A stretch of DNA of 64,000 nucleotides, from positions 1,601,422 through 1,665,421 of the forward strand of contig OZ244557.1 in the NCBI GenBank assembly GCA_965217625.1, given 5' to 3'. Position numbers and translations under genes: made by a program. How positions within the stretch are numbered: position 1 is the stretch's first letter; each line of letters opens with the position of its first letter. The notes below the pieces were generated by a model. It was not told the origin of the DNA. It searched no databases and saw only the letters and a program-made list of their open reading frames with translations. Source of the stretch: Dehalococcoidia bacterium (GTDB lineage: Bacteria > Chloroflexota > Dehalococcoidia > Bin125). Shown piece by piece: positions 59,472 through 64,000 of this stretch.

Positions 59472-60920
59472 ATGCGTGATCGCTGGCAGTTTGCCCTGCG
59501 CCAACGTCTCCTCCTGATGAGCGCGATCGCGGTCATGGGCTTGGCCGTACTCCTCGGCGTCTCGCTGCTGGGCACGGACCTGCTGCGACGCACGCACGCC
59601 GATCAGTCGCCCGCCAACTGCTCGTCGAACGACTTCGTGCTGACGGTGCAGAAGAGCCTGACCTACTTCAGCGACACCGCGGCGGTCCACTACACCGTGC
59701 TGGCCGGCAACCCCAACACGAGCGGCGCCGGCTGCGACGTGGGCGGCGTGACGCTGTCGCTCACGACGCCCGACGGCACGGTTCACCCGCTGGGCGACGA
59801 CCTCGATTACCCCATCGGCACGGCCGAGGCGGTGATCGGCGGCGCGAGCTACGTGCCCTCCACGTCCGCGCCCGACTACAACGGCTGGTTCGGCTACAAC
59901 GGCGTCGCCTGGGTCGCGATGGCGGAGGCCACCGGTCGGCTGCTCAACAACCCGGTGCAGGACGATCCCTGGCAGGTGCGCAAGACCGTCAGCGTCGTGC
60001 CGGTGAGCATCGCCATGTCGGCGCTGGCGTCGCCGCCCGGCGAGGTGCCGGCCGGGACGGTCGTGACCGTCAGCTTCGTGCTCCACAACGACGGCATCGG
60101 CCCGCTGGAGAATCCGCAGGTCACGTCGCCGCAGTGCAATGTGGCGCCGGTTCCGCCGACCGGATCAAACCGGGGCGATGTCAACGGCAACGGCGTGGCC
60201 GACCCCGGCGAGACCTGGATCTTCACCTGCCCGCTCGTGGTGACCGAGTCGATCGATGTGACGGGCGTGGGGTCGGGCCGACTGGCCGGCAGCGAGTTGG
60301 TGATCGATCCGTCGAACGACCCCGACGCGACCGTCACGCTGCGGATCCCCGTGGCCTCGGCGGATGATCCGTCGGCCGGCGATGTGTCCCGCGAGGGCCG
60401 GTCCGGCGACGACCCGACCGCCGACGGCCGGTCCGCCCACGGCGGCTCCGGCGATGACTCGCCTACCGATGACTCCACCGGCGATGACCCGACCGGCGAC
60501 GACCCGACCGGCGATGACCCGACCGGCGATGACCCGACCGGCGATGACCCGACCGGCGACGACTCGTCGGCCGATGACACGTCCAGCGACGACACGCCTA
60601 CCGATGACCCGTCCAGCGACGACTCGTCGGCCGGCGATGGCCCCACCGGCGACCAGCCGGCCACCGACGATCCGGCGGGTGATGGACCCGCCGGCGATGA
60701 GTCCACGGCCGACGACCCGGCTGGCGATTCCTCGCGCGACGGTGCGGCGGCCACGCCGCCGTCCGGCCTCCCCGATGCCGGCAGTGGCGGGCTGCTCGGC
60801 ATGAGTGGCGCCGAGCCGGTCGCCTACGGGGCCATCGTGATGGGTCTGCTGACCCTTGGGTTCGCTTTCTTCCTCCGCCGGGTGGCGGGGAGGAGCGGGA
60901 TGCGGTGCGGTGAGGGATAG
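59472..60920 (+). CDS. Secreted surface protein with DUF11/DUF7507-like Ig domain, Asp-rich repeats and LPxTG-like sorting signal
   Basis: N-terminal signal/TM; VSFVLHNDG...GDVNGNGVADPGETWIFTC; GDDPT repeats; LPDAG + TM helix + RR tail. Confidence 0.8.
   Translation: MRDRWQFALRQRLLLMSAIAVMGLAVLLGVSLLGTDLLRRTHADQSPANCSSNDFVLTVQKSLTYFSDTAAVHYTVLAGNPNTSGAGCDVGGVTLSLTTPDGTVHPLGDDLDYPIGTAEAVIGGASYVPSTSAPDYNGWFGYNGVAWVAMAEATGRLLNNPVQDDPWQVRKTVSVVPVSIAMSALASPPGEVPAGTVVTVSFVLHNDGIGPLENPQVTSPQCNVAPVPPTGSNRGDVNGNGVADPGETWIFTCPLVVTESIDVTGVGSGRLAGSELVIDPSNDPDATVTLRIPVASADDPSAGDVSREGRSGDDPTADGRSAHGGSGDDSPTDDSTGDDPTGDDPTGDDPTGDDPTGDDPTGDDSSADDTSSDDTPTDDPSSDDSSAGDGPTGDQPATDDPAGDGPAGDESTADDPAGDSSRDGAAATPPSGLPDAGSGGLLGMSGAEPVAYGAIVMGLLTLGFAFFLRRVAGRSGMRCGEG
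60480..60560 (+). repeat. 15-bp tandem repeat GGCGA(T/C)GACCCGACC encoding GDDPT, with degenerate copies from ~60360 to 60730
   Basis: About five near-perfect consecutive units are visible. Confidence 0.85.
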
Positions 60921-60940
60921 CGCACACCCTCACCGCGCCG
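60903..60940 (+). terminator. Hairpin overlapping the stop codon of the surface-protein gene
   Basis: CGGTGCGGTGAGGG-N10-CCCTCACCGCGCCG; no U-tract. Confidence 0.5.
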
Positions 60941-61016
60941 CCCCGCTCCCCTCGCTCGCCCCGGGGAGTCCCCGCGCCGTGGGCGTGAACGGCTATCCTC
61001 CCACGACGGAGGCAGC

Positions 61017-62183
61017 ATGGACTTTGGACTGACGGAGACCCAGGAGGACGTGCGTCGCAACGTGAAGGCGGTCTGCGACCGCTTCGACGACGCGTATTGG
61101 AGCGCCCACGACGACAGCGGGGACTTCCCGGTCGAGTTCACCGACGCGATCGCGGCCGGCGGCTGGCTGGGCATCGCGATGCCGGAGGCCTACGGCGGAG
61201 CCGGGCTGGGCGTCGCCGAAGCGGCCGTGATGATGCACACCGTCGCCAACTCGTCCGGGGCGATGGCGGCCGCGTCGTCGCTGCACATCAACATCTTCGG
61301 GCCGCACCCTATCGTCGTGTTCGGAAGCGAGGAGCAGCGCGAGCGCTGGCTGCCCGACCTCATCCACGGCCGCACGCGGACGTGCTTCGGCGTGACCGAG
61401 CCGACGGCGGGCCTCAACACCACCCAGATCCAGACGCGCGCGGTGCGTGACGGCGACCAGTACGTCGTGCAGGGGCAGAAGATCTGGACGAGCACGGCGC
61501 AGGAGGCGGACAAGATCCTGCTGCTGGCGCGCACGTCCCCGCTGGAGGAGACGCCGCGCCCGATCGACGGGCTGAGCCTGTTCTTCACGGACCTCGACCG
61601 CGCGCACGCGGACGTGCGCGAGATCGCGAAGATGGGCCGGCACGCCGTCGATTCCAACGAGGTCTTCTTCGACGACATGCCGGTGCCCGCCGGCGACCGC
61701 ATCGGCGAGGAGGGCAAGGGCTTTCGCTACCTGCTGCATTCGCTCAACCCGGAGCGGGTGCTGGTGGCGGCCGAGTCGGTCGGGATCGGGCAGAACGCGC
61801 TCGCCCGGGCGGCCGCCTACGCGCGCGAGCGGGTCGTGTTCGGGCGGCCGATTGGGCAGAACCAGGGCATTCAGCATCCCCTGGCCGAGAGCTGGGCGGA
61901 GCTGGAGGCGGCCTGGCTGATGACGCAGCGCGCGGCCTGGCTCTACGACCAGGGCGAGCCCTGCGGCCCCGAGGCCAACGGCGCCAAGTTCCTCGCCGCC
62001 GAGGCCGGCAAGCGCGCCTGCGAGCGGGCGATCCTCACGCACGGCGGGCTGGGCTACGCCAAGGAGATGCAGGTGGAGCGGCTGTTCCGGGAGTCGCTGA
62101 TCAACTGGATCGCGCCGGTGAGCCCGCAGCTGGCGCTGTGCAACATCGCGGAGAAGGCGCTGGGGCTGCCGAAGTCGTACTAG
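61017..62183 (+). CDS. Acyl-CoA dehydrogenase
   Basis: FGVTEPTAG, GQKIWTS, LNPER, VFGRPIGQNQ, HGGLGY. Confidence 0.93.
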   Translation: MDFGLTETQEDVRRNVKAVCDRFDDAYWSAHDDSGDFPVEFTDAIAAGGWLGIAMPEAYGGAGLGVAEAAVMMHTVANSSGAMAAASSLHINIFGPHPIVVFGSEEQRERWLPDLIHGRTRTCFGVTEPTAGLNTTQIQTRAVRDGDQYVVQGQKIWTSTAQEADKILLLARTSPLEETPRPIDGLSLFFTDLDRAHADVREIAKMGRHAVDSNEVFFDDMPVPAGDRIGEEGKGFRYLLHSLNPERVLVAAESVGIGQNALARAAAYARERVVFGRPIGQNQGIQHPLAESWAELEAAWLMTQRAAWLYDQGEPCGPEANGAKFLAAEAGKRACERAILTHGGLGYAKEMQVERLFRESLINWIAPVSPQLALCNIAEKALGLPKSY

Positions 62184-62301
62184 CGCCGCCGCCCCGATCG
62201 CCGCGGCGGGCCGGGGCTCCCCGCCGACGCCCCATGCGGGTACGATGGGCGCTGGACTCGGCGCCGGCGCGCCCGACGCCCGGCGCAGCAAAGGAGACCC
62301 C

Positions 62302-63021
62302 ATGACCGACTGGACATCGCTCGACGGCCGGCTGCGCGACGCGCTCGGCCTCTCCGTACCGCCGATCGCCATCACCTTCCGCGCCGAGGGCGCGCCCGAC
62401 GTCGCCCCCGCCTACGGCGCGCCCATGCCCGACGCCGCGCCCGACGGCCGCACCGGGCGCGTGCCCGCGGGCTGCGTCTTTTGGATGGAAGGCGCCGCGT
62501 CGACGTTCTCGACCATCGCGGCCGACCACGGCAACTGCAGCGTGGGCAGCGTCACGCACGGCTTCAAGACGCTGGAGGACGTGGGCGGCAACGCCGACGT
62601 CGCGGCGCTCCTGGAGAGCAAGTGGGTCACGATGGACGTCGTGCCGCTGATCCCGGTCGTGCGCGAGCGGCCGGCGGCGGTGCTGTACGGGCCGCTAGTG
62701 GAGACGCCCGTCGACCCGGACGTCGTGCTGCTGCGGCTGACCGGCCGGCAGCTGATGGTGCTGCACGACGCCCTGCCCGGCCTGCGCATCGAGGGCAAGC
62801 CGCAGTGCCACATCGTGGCGGTGGCGAAGGAGCAGGGCGAGGTCGCGGCCAGCGTGGGCTGTCAGTTGAGCCGCGTGCGCACGGCGATGCCCAACAGCGA
62901 GGTGACCTGCGCGATCCCCTCGGCGCAACTGGGCGACGTGATCGATCGGGTGGAGGCCGCGGCGACCGCGGACCGCGCCGTCGCGGCCTACGCGTCGGCG
63001 GACATGGCCCGCTTCGGGTAG
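62302..63021 (+). CDS. DUF169-like Cys-containing protein
   Basis: PPIAITF, VPAGCVFW, HGNCSVG, YGPL...DPDVV, KPQC, SVGCQLSR. AAGGAG RBS. Confidence 0.75.
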   Translation: MTDWTSLDGRLRDALGLSVPPIAITFRAEGAPDVAPAYGAPMPDAAPDGRTGRVPAGCVFWMEGAASTFSTIAADHGNCSVGSVTHGFKTLEDVGGNADVAALLESKWVTMDVVPLIPVVRERPAAVLYGPLVETPVDPDVVLLRLTGRQLMVLHDALPGLRIEGKPQCHIVAVAKEQGEVAASVGCQLSRVRTAMPNSEVTCAIPSAQLGDVIDRVEAAATADRAVAAYASADMARFG

Positions 63022-63057
63022 CGCCCCGGCCCTCGCGGCGATCGCTGCGCCGCGGGT

Positions 63058-64000
63058 TCAGTTGCGCGGCAGGCCGAGCCCGCGCGTGGCGATGATGTTG
63101 CGCTGGATCTCGCTGGTGCCGCCCGCGATCGTCGAGGCCACCGTGCCGAGCGCCTTGTTGCCGGCGTAGCGTCGCACGGCGTTGGGCCAGCCCGGCGACG
63201 GCTCGGCCAGCATCGACTGGAAGCCGGCGATGCGCGTGACGGTAGTCACCAAGCGCTGCGACAGCTCCGAGCCGAACAGCTTGCAGGCCGACGCCTCGTG
63301 GTTGGGGATCAGCCCGCGCGCCTGCATCGTGACGACGTTGTAGCCCAGCAGGGTGAGGACGTTGGCCTCAACGGCGCGCTCCGCCAGCTCGTGGCGGACG
63401 GCGGGCCGGTCGCTCACGTCGATCTCCCGCGCGAAGCCGGTCAGCGCCTCGACCGACTGCGCCAGCTCGACGGCCGAGCCGATGCCCGAGCGCTCGAAGT
63501 CGAGCGTGGTCACGCCCACGTACCAGCCGCGATTCTCCTCGCCGATGCGGTTGCCCACCGGCACGCGCACGTCCTCGAAGAAGACCTCGTTGAAGCCGGA
63601 GCCGCCGCTCATCTGGTTGATCGGCCGCACGGTGATGCCCGGCGAGTCCATCGGCAGGACCAGATACGAGATGCCGCGGTGCTTGGGCGCGTCGGGGTCG
63701 GTGCGCACCAGGGCGAACATCCAATCGGCCAGCCGCGCGCCGGAGGTCCAGATCTTCTGGCCGTTGATCACGTAGTCATCGCCGTCGCGGACGGCGCGGG
63801 TCTGCAGCGAAGCCAGGTCGGAGCCGGAGCCGGGCTCGCTGAAGCCCTGGCACCAGATCGTCTCGCCGGTGAGGATGTTCGAGAGGTGCTCGCGCTGCTG
63901 CGGCTCGCTGCCGTGGGCGATGATCGTCGGCCCGGCCATCATCACGCCGGAGTCGGTGCCGACGCGCGGCACGCGGCGCTTGGCGAACTCCTCGTTGAGC
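63058..64000 (-). CDS. Acyl-CoA dehydrogenase, 5'-truncated by window edge
   Basis: WCQGFSEPGSGSDLASL, NGQKIWTS, FNEVFF, TIAGGTSEIQRNII. Confidence 0.93.
   Translation of the reverse strand, partial: LNEEFAKRRVPRVGTDSGVMMAGPTIIAHGSEPQQREHLSNILTGETIWCQGFSEPGSGSDLASLQTRAVRDGDDYVINGQKIWTSGARLADWMFALVRTDPDAPKHRGISYLVLPMDSPGITVRPINQMSGGSGFNEVFFEDVRVPVGNRIGEENRGWYVGVTTLDFERSGIGSAVELAQSVEALTGFAREIDVSDRPAVRHELAERAVEANVLTLLGYNVVTMQARGLIPNHEASACKLFGSELSQRLVTTVTRIAGFQSMLAEPSPGWPNAVRRYAGNKALGTVASTIAGGTSEIQRNIIATRGLGLPRN

Noticed and set aside
60360-60730. CRISPR-like periodicity
   Set aside because: In-frame 15-bp coding tandem repeats with no unique spacers and no cas genes.

Overview
High-GC bacterial chromosomal window with about 52 genes. 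The gene content suggests Chloroflexota of the Dehalococcoidia/SAR202/Tepidiformales type, but this is inference only. Most genes are for acyl-CoA and redox catabolism: crotonases, family III CoA-transferases, acyl-CoA dehydrogenases, LLM oxidoreductases, tandem carboxyltransferases, pyruvate carboxylase and an acoABXC-type dehydrogenase cluster. The most striking locus is a translationally coupled operon joining a ferredoxin-fused FrhB/FpoF-family protein to 2-oxoacid:ferredoxin oxidoreductase alpha and beta subunits, a candidate 2-oxoacid-driven F420-reducing system. Other highlights are: a REP-bracketed peptide-type ABC cassette whose binding protein sits on a ~240-aa Ala-rich stalk behind a 21-nt poly-G/C promoter tract; a giant two-permease ABC system split by two opposite-strand DUF5666-like genes; four small accessory or defence-like islets; a Cys/His-free ribosomal protein L36 missed by the ORF track; and a sortase-type surface protein flanked by repeats. 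I recognised no rRNA, tRNA, CRISPR array, integrase or transposase. All family assignments are by motif recognition, not database search.
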